Shown piece by piece: positions 27,004 to 35,550 of a DNA stretch of 62,142 bases. Location of the stretch: assembly GCA_026706565.1 (NCBI GenBank), contig JAPOYM010000071.1, positions 1 to 62,142 on the forward strand. Direction: 5' to 3'. Numbering within the stretch: the stretch's first letter is position 1; the number at the start of each line of letters is the position of its first letter. The notes under the pieces are model-generated. The model was given only the letters and a program-made list of their open reading frames with translations, searched no databases and was not told the DNA's origin. The position numbers and the translations under genes were made by a program. This DNA comes from a bacterium. GTDB lineage: Bacteria; Actinomycetota; Acidimicrobiia; Acidimicrobiales; CATQHL01.

Positions 27004-28806
27004 TCACGAGTCGCCGCCCCTCGCCGCTGTCGGGGTGGCGTCCCAGGCGCCGTTGCGTCGCTCGACGGTCAGTCCGTAGTCGCGCTGCGCCGCCTCGGGG
27101 GTGACGAGCCCTTCCGCCACGTCGGCCACCACCCTGTCGGCGGAGCGCTCCAGCGGATCGCCCCAGCCGCCGCCGCCCGGCGCCACGATCCTCACCTGGT
27201 CGCCGCGGCGCAGGCGGATGTTGGAGAACTTGGACGGCGACATCGTGCCGAACTTCTCGCTGAACGTGCTCCAGGACTCCTCGCCGGCGAGCCGCACGAA
27301 GATGCCGCTGTTGGCGCCCGGCTTGCCGCCGTGGATCCCGAAGGGGTCGACGCGCATCCGGTTGAAGATGGCGCTGACGGTCACCTCGTCGGCCGCCATG
27401 GTGAGGACGCGCTCGATGCCCAGGCCGCCCCGGTTCAGTCCCGGCCCGCCGGAGTCCTCCAGCAGCCGGTAAGAGTCCACGCGCAGCGGGTAGCGCGACT
27501 CGAAGACCTCCACCGGCGTGTTGCGGCAGTTGCCGTTGATCACGATGACCTGGCTGTTGCCGTCGGCAGCCGGCCGGCCGCCCCAGCCGATCCCCTCGAA
27601 ATGGAAGTGCGAGTAGAGATCATCGTTGTCGGGGTGCTGGCCGCCGAACAGGAAGCAGCACGAGGTGCCGCCGAGGGAGGCGGGGATGCGCTCGGGCAGC
27701 GGATCGGCTAGGGCGCCGAAGATGATGTCGGTGATGCGGGGCGAGACCTCGGTGTTGCCCCCCACCAGCGGCGCCGGGAACTCGCAGTTCACGATGGTGC
27801 CCGGCGGGGCGATGATGTTGATGGGCCGGTAGCAGCCCTCGTTGCGCGGGATGGTGGGGTCGGTGATGTGCATGAAGGCGTTGTAGACCGCCGAGGCCGT
27901 CACGGCGTAGGTGGCGTTCATGGGTCCGGCCGCCTGGCCGTCGGAGCCGGTGAAGTCGCACGCCACGTTGCCGCCGTCCACCACGACGGTGCAGTCGATG
28001 ACGTAGGACCCCTCGGCCACCCCGTCGTCCTCGATGATGTCGCTGAAGCGGTACTCGCCGTCGGGGATGCGGCGGATCTCCTCGGACATGCGCCGCTCGG
28101 CGATGTTGATCAGATCCTCGGTGGCGGTGGTGACGGTGTCGTAGCCGTAGGTGTCGATGAGGCCGGTGAGGCGGCGCTCGGCCACGTTCAGCGAGCCGAC
28201 CATGGCCATGAGGTCCCCGTAGGTGACCTTCGGCGTGCGATGGTTGGCGAAGATGATCTTCCAGACGTCCTCCTGCGGTACGCCCTCGCGCTGCAGCCAC
28301 AGCGGCGGGATGCGCAGGCCCTCCTGGAAGATGTCGGTGGCGTCGCCCGCCAGCCCGCCGGGAGCCTTGGCACCCGGCTCGGCCAGGTGGGCGCAGTTGG
28401 CCACGAAACCCACGATCTCGTCACCGTGGAAGACCGCCTTCAACAAGGTGTGCTCGGGAATGTGGCCGCTGCCCCGGTAGGGGTCGTTCATGATGATCAC
28501 GTCGCCCGGGCGGTAGATGTCGGGGCCGAGCTCGTCGATCATCCACTCAACGGTGAACTTGATCGTGCCGATCTGGGAGGGGCAGAACTCGGCCTGGGCG
28601 CTCAGGCGGCCCTTGGCGTCGAACAGGACGCAGGAGAAGTCCAGCGACTCGTTGAACATCGGCGAGTAGGCGGTGCGCATCATGGCGATGCCCATCTCGC
28701 GGCAGGTGGTGGCCAGGTAGTTGTCGATCACCGTGAGCGTGACCTGATCGATGGCGAGGTCGGCGGCCGGCGGCCGGCCCTCCGGGGGCGTACTCAGCGC
28801 CGTCAT
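27004..28806 (-). CDS. hydantoinase B/oxoprolinase family protein
   Basis: 600 aa. Typical HyuB N-terminus (DQVTLTVIDNYL...MMRTAYSP) with NDPY..GSGH. Confidence 0.9.
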   Translation of the reverse strand: MTALSTPPEGRPPAADLAIDQVTLTVIDNYLATTCREMGIAMMRTAYSPMFNESLDFSCVLFDAKGRLSAQAEFCPSQIGTIKFTVEWMIDELGPDIYRPGDVIIMNDPYRGSGHIPEHTLLKAVFHGDEIVGFVANCAHLAEPGAKAPGGLAGDATDIFQEGLRIPPLWLQREGVPQEDVWKIIFANHRTPKVTYGDLMAMVGSLNVAERRLTGLIDTYGYDTVTTATEDLINIAERRMSEEIRRIPDGEYRFSDIIEDDGVAEGSYVIDCTVVVDGGNVACDFTGSDGQAAGPMNATYAVTASAVYNAFMHITDPTIPRNEGCYRPINIIAPPGTIVNCEFPAPLVGGNTEVSPRITDIIFGALADPLPERIPASLGGTSCCFLFGGQHPDNDDLYSHFHFEGIGWGGRPAADGNSQVIVINGNCRNTPVEVFESRYPLRVDSYRLLEDSGGPGLNRGGLGIERVLTMAADEVTVSAIFNRMRVDPFGIHGGKPGANSGIFVRLAGEESWSTFSEKFGTMSPSKFSNIRLRRGDQVRIVAPGGGGWGDPLERSADRVVADVAEGLVTPEAAQRDYGLTVERRNGAWDATPTAARGGDS

Positions 28807-30854
28807 GTGCCGACCTCCACGATCAGAACGTCCTCGGGTGTGCGGCGGACGCGCATCCCCGGTTCCACGAGCGTCGTAGAACCCTCCTCAGAGACGATCA
28901 GCGGACCCTCGAGCGCCTCGTCGAGCGGCAGGGCGCGGCGGTGGGTCACACGGCAGTCCACCAGCCCGTCGCCGCGGAAATACACCTGCCGGGCAGCCTC
29001 GGCATGGCCGCTCTCGGGCTGGACGCGGGCGAGGCGCGGATGGGCGATGGCGCCGATGGCCGAGACCCGGAAGCTGACCATCTCAATGACGGCGTCGGCG
29101 ATCACGTACTCGTACATGGCCCGATGGCGGTCGTGGAACGCCTGATAGGCCAGCTCCAGCTGCGCGGCGGCGCCGTCGGCATCGAGCGCGTCGATCGGCG
29201 GCACCTCCACCTCGGTCTCGTAGTTCTGCCCCAGGTAGCGCATGTTGATGGCGTAGCGCAGCTCGCAGTCGCCTTCGAAGCCCTGGGCACGCAATTCCTC
29301 GGTGGCCGCGGTGGCGATGGTGGCGAAGCGCTCGGCCACCTCCGCGGGGCCGACGCGGTCCGAGCGGAACGACTGGGTCCAGAGCTTGTCGACGCGCAGG
29401 TCGCCCAGCAGCAGCCCCAGCGCCGAGAAGCTGCCCGGGAAAGGCGGCACCACGAGGGTGGGGATGTGCAGCTTGCGCGCCACCGCGGCGCCGTGCAGCG
29501 GGCCGGCCCCGCCGAAGGCCAGCAGGGCGAAGTGGCGCGGGTCGTGGCCCCGGTCGATGCTGACCATGCGGATGGCGTTGGCCATGTTCTCATCCGCGAT
29601 CTCCACGACGGCGTGCGCGAACTCCAGCGGGGACATGTCCAGCCTCGCCGCCATCTCGGCGGTCGCCCGGCGGGCGAGGTCCTCGTCGAGGCGCATGGCG
29701 CCACCGCAGAAATAGTCGGGGTCGAGGCGGCCCAGCACCAGGTTGGCGTCGGTGAGCGTGACCTGCTGCCCGCCGGCGCCGTAGCAGACGGGCCCCGGGA
29801 CGGCGCCAGCGCTCTGGGGGCCCACCTGCAGGAAACCGCCCGCGTTGAGGTAGGCGATCGACCCGCCCCCGGCCCCCACGGTGTGGATGTCCATGAGCGG
29901 GATCGCCGCGGGGATGCCCCACTCCACCTCGTAGGAGGTGGTGTAACCCACGTCGCCGCCCAGGACGAGCGCCACATCCGCGCTCGTGCCGCCCACGTCG
30001 ATGGTGACCACGTTCTCGAGCCCCAGCAGGCCGGCCACATGGCGGCTGGCCACGGCGCCCCCCGCCGGCCCCGACATGGCCAGGTGGATGGGATGGTCGG
30101 CGGCGGCCTCGGCCTTCATCAGGCCGCCGTTGGACTTCATCATCGCCCAGTTCACGTCGATGTCGGCTTCCGCCAGGCCGTCGGCGAGGCTGGCCACGTA
30201 GCCCTGTATGAGCGGTTTGATGTAGGCGTCGGCGATGGTCGTGCTGGAGCGCTCGTACTCCCGCCAGATGGGGGCGACCTCGTGGCTCACCGACAGCGGC
30301 AGGTCACCGAACCGCTCCCGGAGAGCGGCGGCCAGCGCCGCCTCGTGGTCAGTCCTGAGGTACGAGAACAGCAAGCACACAGCGAGCGCCTCGAGTTCGC
30401 CGTTGGCGGCGAGCCGCTCGCAGAGGTCGTCGATCGCTTCGGCGGTCAGAGGCGTCAGGACCTCTCCGTCGGCGGTGATGCGTTCGGCGACGCCGAAGCA
30501 GTCGCGCCGGCTCGCCAGCAGCGGCCGTGGCTTGTTCCAGGTGAGGTCGTAGAGGTACTGCCGGTTGACGCGCTGGATGTAGGGGATGTCCTCGTGGCCG
30601 GCGGTGCAGATGAAGCCCACCCGGGCGCCGGCCCGCTGGATCATGGCGTTGGTGGCGACGGTGGTGCCGTGTACCAGGAAGGAGATGTCGCCGGCAGCGA
30701 CGCCGGACGCCTCGATGGCGCCGAGGAAGGCCCGCAGCGGCGCCGCCGGCGTCGACGCCACCTTGCGCGAGCTGACGGTTCCGTCGGAGGCGTCGAAGGC
30801 GATCAGGTCGGTGAAGGTGCCGCCGGTGTCGATGCCGATGCGCACCGAGGTCAT
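28803..30854 (-). CDS. hydantoinase A/oxoprolinase family protein
   Basis: 683 aa. IGIDTGGTFTDL ATPase motif, and a 4-nt overlap with the HyuB gene. Confidence 0.9.
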   Translation of the reverse strand: MTSVRIGIDTGGTFTDLIAFDASDGTVSSRKVASTPAAPLRAFLGAIEASGVAAGDISFLVHGTTVATNAMIQRAGARVGFICTAGHEDIPYIQRVNRQYLYDLTWNKPRPLLASRRDCFGVAERITADGEVLTPLTAEAIDDLCERLAANGELEALAVCLLFSYLRTDHEAALAAALRERFGDLPLSVSHEVAPIWREYERSSTTIADAYIKPLIQGYVASLADGLAEADIDVNWAMMKSNGGLMKAEAAADHPIHLAMSGPAGGAVASRHVAGLLGLENVVTIDVGGTSADVALVLGGDVGYTTSYEVEWGIPAAIPLMDIHTVGAGGGSIAYLNAGGFLQVGPQSAGAVPGPVCYGAGGQQVTLTDANLVLGRLDPDYFCGGAMRLDEDLARRATAEMAARLDMSPLEFAHAVVEIADENMANAIRMVSIDRGHDPRHFALLAFGGAGPLHGAAVARKLHIPTLVVPPFPGSFSALGLLLGDLRVDKLWTQSFRSDRVGPAEVAERFATIATAATEELRAQGFEGDCELRYAINMRYLGQNYETEVEVPPIDALDADGAAAQLELAYQAFHDRHRAMYEYVIADAVIEMVSFRVSAIGAIAHPRLARVQPESGHAEAARQVYFRGDGLVDCRVTHRRALPLDEALEGPLIVSEEGSTTLVEPGMRVRRTPEDVLIVEVGT

Positions 30855-30962
30855 GGCGCCCCGCCGGGTCCGCCGCTCGTCCTACGGTTCATGCCCCGCT
30901 CCTTGATCGGCCCGGCGGTTCGGTGCCCGTAATCATGGCAGCCAACGGGTGCTCTCGGGCAA

Positions 30963-31034
30963 AACGTCCTGCACTCCGTCTCAGGGAACGTCCTGCGCTC
31001 CGTTTCAGGGAACGTCGTGCGCTCCGTGTCAGGG
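30963..31034. repeat. 24-bp tandem repeat x3 covering the stop of the downstream ATPase gene
   Basis: Units AACGTCCTGCACTCCGTCTCAGGG at 30963, 30987 and 31011. Confidence 0.85.
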
Positions 31035-32306
31035 GCCGAGAGCCGTAATGGGCACCACCGCCACGCCGTCGGGATACTCGAAGCCGTAACCGCCGGCGGT
31101 GACAACGACGAGCTTCCGCGGCTCGCCCATGCGATCGGCGTCAACCCGCTGGCGCAGCCTCCGCAGCGCTGCGACGCCTCGGTTCACTAAAGCCTCACCG
31201 CCCAGTTTCACCTCTACGGCGGCCCAGCGCTGGTAGTCGAGGCTTGTGAGGATCAAGTCCACCTCAAGGCCCGTGCTGTCGCGGTAGTGGGACAGCTCCC
31301 AGCCGTTGGCCTGCGCGTAGACGCTCAGGTCGCGCCAAACCAGCGACTCGAACACCAGCCCGAAATAGCTCAGATCGGCCATTAGCTGATCGGCGTTGGA
31401 GCGAAGAGAGGCCACCGCCAGCGATGGGTCAGCGAAGAAGCGTTTCGGCGTTGAGCGAAGGGCGGCGCGAGATCGCAGATGGGGCCTCCAGGCGGGGAGC
31501 TCCTCCGCCACAAAAAGGCGCGACAAGGCGCTGAGGTAACTCTTGACAGTCGTTGCGTGCAAGGTCCCCTCGCCGCCGGCGAGGTCCGCGCCCAGGGTCT
31601 TCAGCGTCACCTCGGTGGCGACGTTGCGTCCCAGCGATGCCAGCAGGCGACTCACCCCCGCCGGGTCGCGGCCAGTGCCGTCGACCCGCGAGACGTCTGT
31701 CCGAGAGGTCTCGTCCAGGTAGGCGCGGAGTTGGCGCTGCGCATCCTCAGGCAGATCGTTCAGCAAGCCCGGCCAACCGCCGCGGCAGGCGATGGCTACT
31801 AGGTCGCGCAGGTCGATGGGCGACTCCGGCGCCGAAGCTCGCCCGCCCTCTAGGAGGTCCCCGAGCGATACCCGGCCGTTCGCCTCGCCGCTCTCGTAGA
31901 GGCTCATGGGCCGCATCCGGACTCGTACGATCCGGCCCGTTCCGGTGTGGCGGGTGGTGGCGTCCGGCGGATCGGCGGAGCCGGTGAGTATGAACTGGCC
32001 CTTGCGGCCGCGGTCGTCGCAGGCCCGCCTCATGGCGTTCCACACGTCGGGAGCGAGTTGCCACTCGTCCAGCAGACGGGGCACCGGCCCCTCCAATACC
32101 TCCATCGGAGCAACCTGCGCTGCCAGGCGATGAGCGAACACCGAATCGAACGGAACTTCGCTCCGTGCGTGCCGCCGCCCGGTCCACGTCTTGCCGCAGG
32201 CGCGAGGCCCCTCGACCACAACCGCCGGAGAGGCGCGCAAAGCCCGCTCCACCTCGCGGTCTGCGACCCGAGGCATGTATCCGGACGGCGTCAGAAGGTC
32301 GTCCAC
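31029..32306 (-). CDS. ATP-binding protein, AAA_14/DUF4143 type
   Basis: Walker A GPRACGKT, DEWQ, and a DUF4143-like C-terminal half. Paralogue of 55291..56553. Confidence 0.75.
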   Translation of the reverse strand: MDDLLTPSGYMPRVADREVERALRASPAVVVEGPRACGKTWTGRRHARSEVPFDSVFAHRLAAQVAPMEVLEGPVPRLLDEWQLAPDVWNAMRRACDDRGRKGQFILTGSADPPDATTRHTGTGRIVRVRMRPMSLYESGEANGRVSLGDLLEGGRASAPESPIDLRDLVAIACRGGWPGLLNDLPEDAQRQLRAYLDETSRTDVSRVDGTGRDPAGVSRLLASLGRNVATEVTLKTLGADLAGGEGTLHATTVKSYLSALSRLFVAEELPAWRPHLRSRAALRSTPKRFFADPSLAVASLRSNADQLMADLSYFGLVFESLVWRDLSVYAQANGWELSHYRDSTGLEVDLILTSLDYQRWAAVEVKLGGEALVNRGVAALRRLRQRVDADRMGEPRKLVVVTAGGYGFEYPDGVAVVPITALGP

Positions 32307-32472
32307 GGCGCTCCCTGGGGCCCAGCATATGTGCGCAAACGAGGCAACCGCGCTTTTATGGCTATTTCAACCGCGATTTTATGGCGTTCCCAGTCGCGTA
32401 ATCGTTGATGACTTGTTCGCGATTTTGTGGGTCAGCCTGGTGTCGGGAGAGGAGAGCGTCCGACCGAGCGGT

Positions 32473-33444
32473 TCATGCCCCGCCGCGCGGTCGGTCCGGC
32501 GGTTCACGGAGGGGTTCCGCCTCGGCGATCATGGCGGCGAACGGGTGCGTACCGGCAGCCGCCGACGGGCAGAAGTTGAGCGTCTGACCCGGCGCACGCC
32601 AGTCCACGGCGACCATCTCGCCGGTGTCGTCGACGGTGACGAACAGCGTGGCGTGGTCCGCTCCGCCGAAGCACACGTTGGTGGGGTTGGCGCCGCCGCA
32701 GCCGATCCGGTCGACTTCGACGCCCTCGGGGTCGTAGACGAACACGAACCCCGAGCCGTAGTGGGTCACCAGCAGGTTGCCCTCTGCGTCGAAGGCCATG
32801 CCGTCGGGCCCGCACACCGGGGCGTCGGGGACCGCCGGCTGGCGGCAGAACAACCGCCGCCCCTCGGCCCGGCCGGGCCCTCTCACGTCGTAGACCCAGA
32901 CGCAGCTGCGCAGCGTCTCGGCCACGTACAGTCGCTCGTCGCGCAGGACGATGCCGTTGGGGAAGACCATGGCGGAATCGATCCGGTGCAGTTCGCCGTC
33001 GGGAGCGCGGCCGTAGACGGCGCCGACCGGGTTCTGCAGCGAGCTGCCCCACGGGTCGGTGAAGTAGAGGCTGCCGTCGGCGTCGAAGACCAGGTCGTTG
33101 GGGCCGTTCAGAGGCTCGCCATCGAAGGAGTCCACCCAGCGGCTGCGCGCACCCTCGGGGGCGACCCGCAAGACGGCCCGGTGTCCCTCGTCGGTGATGT
33201 ACAGGGCGCCGTCGGGGCCGAACGCCAGCGCCGCGGGGATTCCCGAGGTGCCGCCTGCGCTCGTGTTGAAGAGCCGCCGGGTGCTGCCGGGCTTGCTGGG
33301 ATGGGTGGCACAGATGTCGCCGCCCCGGGTCGGCCAGCCCTCGTCCCGCGTGAACGAGCAGACGTTGAGAATCCAGCCGTCGGGACCGACCGTCGGCCCC
33401 TCCGGCGCACCCAGCTGTGAGGCGAACACTCCCGGTCCGGTCAT
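32473..33444 (-). CDS. SMP-30/gluconolactonase/LRE family protein
   Basis: 323 aa from the ATG at 33444. Beta-propeller motifs present: GPNDLVFDADGSLYFTD, PNGIVL, PDGMAFDAEGNLLV. Confidence 0.8.
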   Translation of the reverse strand: MTGPGVFASQLGAPEGPTVGPDGWILNVCSFTRDEGWPTRGGDICATHPSKPGSTRRLFNTSAGGTSGIPAALAFGPDGALYITDEGHRAVLRVAPEGARSRWVDSFDGEPLNGPNDLVFDADGSLYFTDPWGSSLQNPVGAVYGRAPDGELHRIDSAMVFPNGIVLRDERLYVAETLRSCVWVYDVRGPGRAEGRRLFCRQPAVPDAPVCGPDGMAFDAEGNLLVTHYGSGFVFVYDPEGVEVDRIGCGGANPTNVCFGGADHATLFVTVDDTGEMVAVDWRAPGQTLNFCPSAAAGTHPFAAMIAEAEPLREPPDRPRGGA

Positions 33445-33585
33445 CGCGGCAACCAGCCTGCACCGGAGCATGACACTCGATGGGACACGAGAACTGAGGC
33501 CGGGGGTGCCGGGGGCCAGCGCAGGCGCGCCATTCTCAGAGGCCGCCGGAGCGCCACCGGCACCCCCGGCAGGACCGCCGCAAAC

Positions 33586-33612
33586 ATGGATTCCGGCCTG
33601 CGCCGGAATGAC
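33586..33612. repeat. REP-like palindromic element ATGGATTCCGGC-CTGC-GCCGGAATGAC
   Basis: Same 8-bp arms as the copy at 3699. Intergenic. Confidence 0.7.
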
Positions 33613-33650
33613 GAAGTGGAAGCAGTCGCAGCGTGCCCCGCATCGGGCGG

Positions 33651-34562
33651 CTAGCCGTCGACCGCCTCGCGCAGGCGCCCGACGAGACGGTCCACCTCCG
33701 CCAGCGTCTCGGGGTCGGGGTCGTAGCCCACCGGCCCCCGCCGGCGGGCGCTGGAGAAGATCCCCTGCGCCACCAGCAGGTGCTTCTCGATGGCCACGAA
33801 GGCGTCGAGGCTGTCCATCAGCGAGACCAGGCGGGCCAGCGGGTCGGCAATGGCCTCGATACGCGCCTCGTCGCCGGCCTCCAAGGCTCGCCAGAGAGCG
33901 ACCAGCGCCCAGGGGGTGTCGGCCGCCGGCATGGTGCCGACGATGCCGCGCCGGTAGCTGTCCACCAAGGCGATGCCCCCCGAGCCCTCGAAGACCCGCG
34001 CCCGGCCGTCGGTGGCCTCGCGCAGGGCGGTGAGGCGCGGACCGATGGGCACCGCCTCGGGCTTGAACAGCACCCGCTCGCCGTAGGTCTCCAGGAGGTC
34101 GGCCTGCATCGCAATCGACATCGGCCGGCCCACGTAGCCGCTGGCGTCCTGCACCACCACGGGAATATCGATGGCCGCCAAGAGAGCCTCGTAGTAGGCC
34201 GAGAGTTCGCTGTCCGGCACCCCCACCGAGATAGGCGGGATGGCCATGACCGCCGTGGCGCCGACGCTCTGGGCGTGGCGGGCGAGGTCCACCGCCACCT
34301 TGGTGCTCTCGGCCCCCACCGAGACGATCACCGGCCCGTGCGGCAGGCCGAGACCGCAGCAGAGCTCGGCCAGCTCGCGGCGCTCTTCGGTGCTGAGGCG
34401 CAACACCTCCGAGACCATCGCCAGCACGATCCCGTCGACCTCGCAGCGATACACCCACTCGATCTCGGCGGCCAGGGCGGCGGCGTCAATGCCATCGCCG
34501 TCGTCGAAGGGCGTCTGGAAGACCGGGAACACGCCGGCCAGCGACTCGGGCGGGTACTGCAC
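33651..34562 (-). CDS. dihydrodipicolinate synthase/N-acetylneuraminate lyase family protein
   Basis: GTG at 34562 gives MQYPPESLAGVFPVFQTPF... Also GIVLAMVSE and a FKPEA Schiff-base Lys region. Confidence 0.75.
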   Translation of the reverse strand: MQYPPESLAGVFPVFQTPFDDGDGIDAAALAAEIEWVYRCEVDGIVLAMVSEVLRLSTEERRELAELCCGLGLPHGPVIVSVGAESTKVAVDLARHAQSVGATAVMAIPPISVGVPDSELSAYYEALLAAIDIPVVVQDASGYVGRPMSIAMQADLLETYGERVLFKPEAVPIGPRLTALREATDGRARVFEGSGGIALVDSYRRGIVGTMPAADTPWALVALWRALEAGDEARIEAIADPLARLVSLMDSLDAFVAIEKHLLVAQGIFSSARRRGPVGYDPDPETLAEVDRLVGRLREAVDG

Positions 34563-34831
34563 GCCGGCGATGCTAACCGCCCCGGTGAGCGCCCGGTACC
34601 GAGCTGTTGGACGCGATCTGCTGCACGACCTTTGATCCACCCCAGGCGCGACTCGGTCTGGGCGGCGAAAGGTTTGTGTCTGTCCTTGCCCTCTCCGGCC
34701 CCCTGGACCGAGTCGCGCCTCCTGAAGGTCGAGACCCACATACCAGATTGGGAGGTTCCGCCCATGAACCGAGACTCCGCCGACCAGCCGGTCCTGGCCA
34801 ACTCGGTCGGGGCCGTGATCCGTCCAGGGTT

Positions 34832-34847
34832 TGGACTGACTTTGCTG
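34832..34847 (+). promoter_or_regulatory. -24/-12-like motif copy 1: TGGACTGACTTTGCTG
   Basis: TGGAC-N5-TTGCTG, 83 nt upstream of the small ORF at 34930. Confidence 0.35.
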
Positions 34848-34929
34848 TAGGGAGGGTCGACGTTCGATTCACCGTCGACCGCGGCAACTCCGCGGCTGGC
34901 TCGAGCGACCTACCGAAAGGAACGACTCC

Positions 34930-35112
34930 ATGTCAGTTTTCTCCTCCCTCTTCCGCTTCGGCTTCCGGTGCGGGCTGATTCTTGCGCTCCTGCTGTACCT
35001 GGCCATCGGCCGGGGCGGGTGCGCTGGCGGCAATTTCGCCCTCCATGACGCCTCGCCCGACACTCCGACCGCGGTCACCGCTGATCCTCCGACAGCCCCG
35101 CACCTCCCCTGA
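34930..35112 (+). CDS. small hydrophobic/secreted peptide (60 aa), hypothetical
   Basis: SD GAAAGGA lies 8 nt before the ATG. The N-terminus is signal/TM-like: MSVFSSLFRFGFRCGLILALLLYLAIGRGGCAG. Confidence 0.4.
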   Translation: MSVFSSLFRFGFRCGLILALLLYLAIGRGGCAGGNFALHDASPDTPTAVTADPPTAPHLP

Positions 35113-35122
35113 GGGGACGCCC

Positions 35123-35138
35123 TGGACGCGCCTTGCTG
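35123..35138 (+). promoter_or_regulatory. -24/-12-like motif copy 2: TGGACGCGCCTTGCTG
   Basis: Same motif, also sharing TTGCTGTAGG with copy 1. A 10-bp perfect hairpin follows. Confidence 0.35.
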
Positions 35139-35185
35139 TAGGCATCTCAGCGCCGCCATCGGTGTGGACAACCCACGGCTGATGC

Positions 35186-35211
35186 GAGCTGCGGCAGGGC
35201 GGCCGCAGCTC
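35186..35211 (+). terminator. perfect 10-bp stem / 6-nt loop hairpin (GAGCTGCGGC-AGGGCG-GCCGCAGCTC)
   Basis: Complementarity checked base by base. No U-tract is present. It lies 48 nt after motif copy 2. Confidence 0.3.
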
Positions 35212-35257
35212 ACCTGATCTCGAGCGACGCACTCCGTTCGCCGCGCCGCCCAACCCT

Positions 35258-35273
35258 TGGACGCTGCTTGCTG
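35258..35273 (+). promoter_or_regulatory. -24/-12-like motif copy 3: TGGACGCTGCTTGCTG
   Basis: Same motif, 102 nt upstream of the small ORF at 35375 and 278 nt upstream of the gene at 35551. Confidence 0.35.
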
Positions 35274-35374
35274 CAACGAATACGACGTACCCGACGGGGC
35301 GACGTGTCCTATGCACCGACCCTGTCGGGCTCGCCCATTGACACAGGTAACGCCAACAGAAAGGAGGGCCGCCT

Positions 35375-35446
35375 ATGGCCGCCGAAGACGAGAAGCCCAG
35401 CGCGCCGGTCGACGTGGACACCATCCCCGCCGGCACGTTCCACTAG
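35375..35446 (+). CDS. 23-aa small ORF (MAAEDEKPSAPVDVDTIPAGTFH), hypothetical
   Basis: Strong SD AGAAAGGAGGG lies 6 nt before the ATG. There is no homology evidence. Confidence 0.35.
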   Translation: MAAEDEKPSAPVDVDTIPAGTFH

Positions 35447-35550
35447 CCCCCGCGGCGCCGGACGCACACGCGCCCGGCGCCGCCCCCCAACGTCCGCTCC
35501 GTCCATCGGAGAGAACCGTCACTCCAACTCCCCAGAGAAAGGAAAACCGA

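Noticed and set aside
31755-31775. Reverse-strand TTGGCCGGGCTTGCTG as a fourth copy of the TGGAC-N5-TTGCTG motif
   Set aside because: Its spacing is one nt shorter than in the three leader copies. It lacks the AC and lies inside the DUF4143 ATPase coding sequence.
32473-34458. 661-aa ORF as one gene
   Set aside because: Only the C-terminal 323 aa are SMP-30-like. The upstream part runs through an intergenic REP element (giving the 'VIPAQAGIH' artefact) and overlaps the DapA-like gene in another frame.
34764-34850. 28-aa ORF MNRDSADQPVLANSVGAVIRPGFGLTLL with a GGGAGG SD
   Set aside because: It is possible, but it ends inside motif copy 1 and shows no distinguishing feature. Evidence is too thin to list it as a feature.
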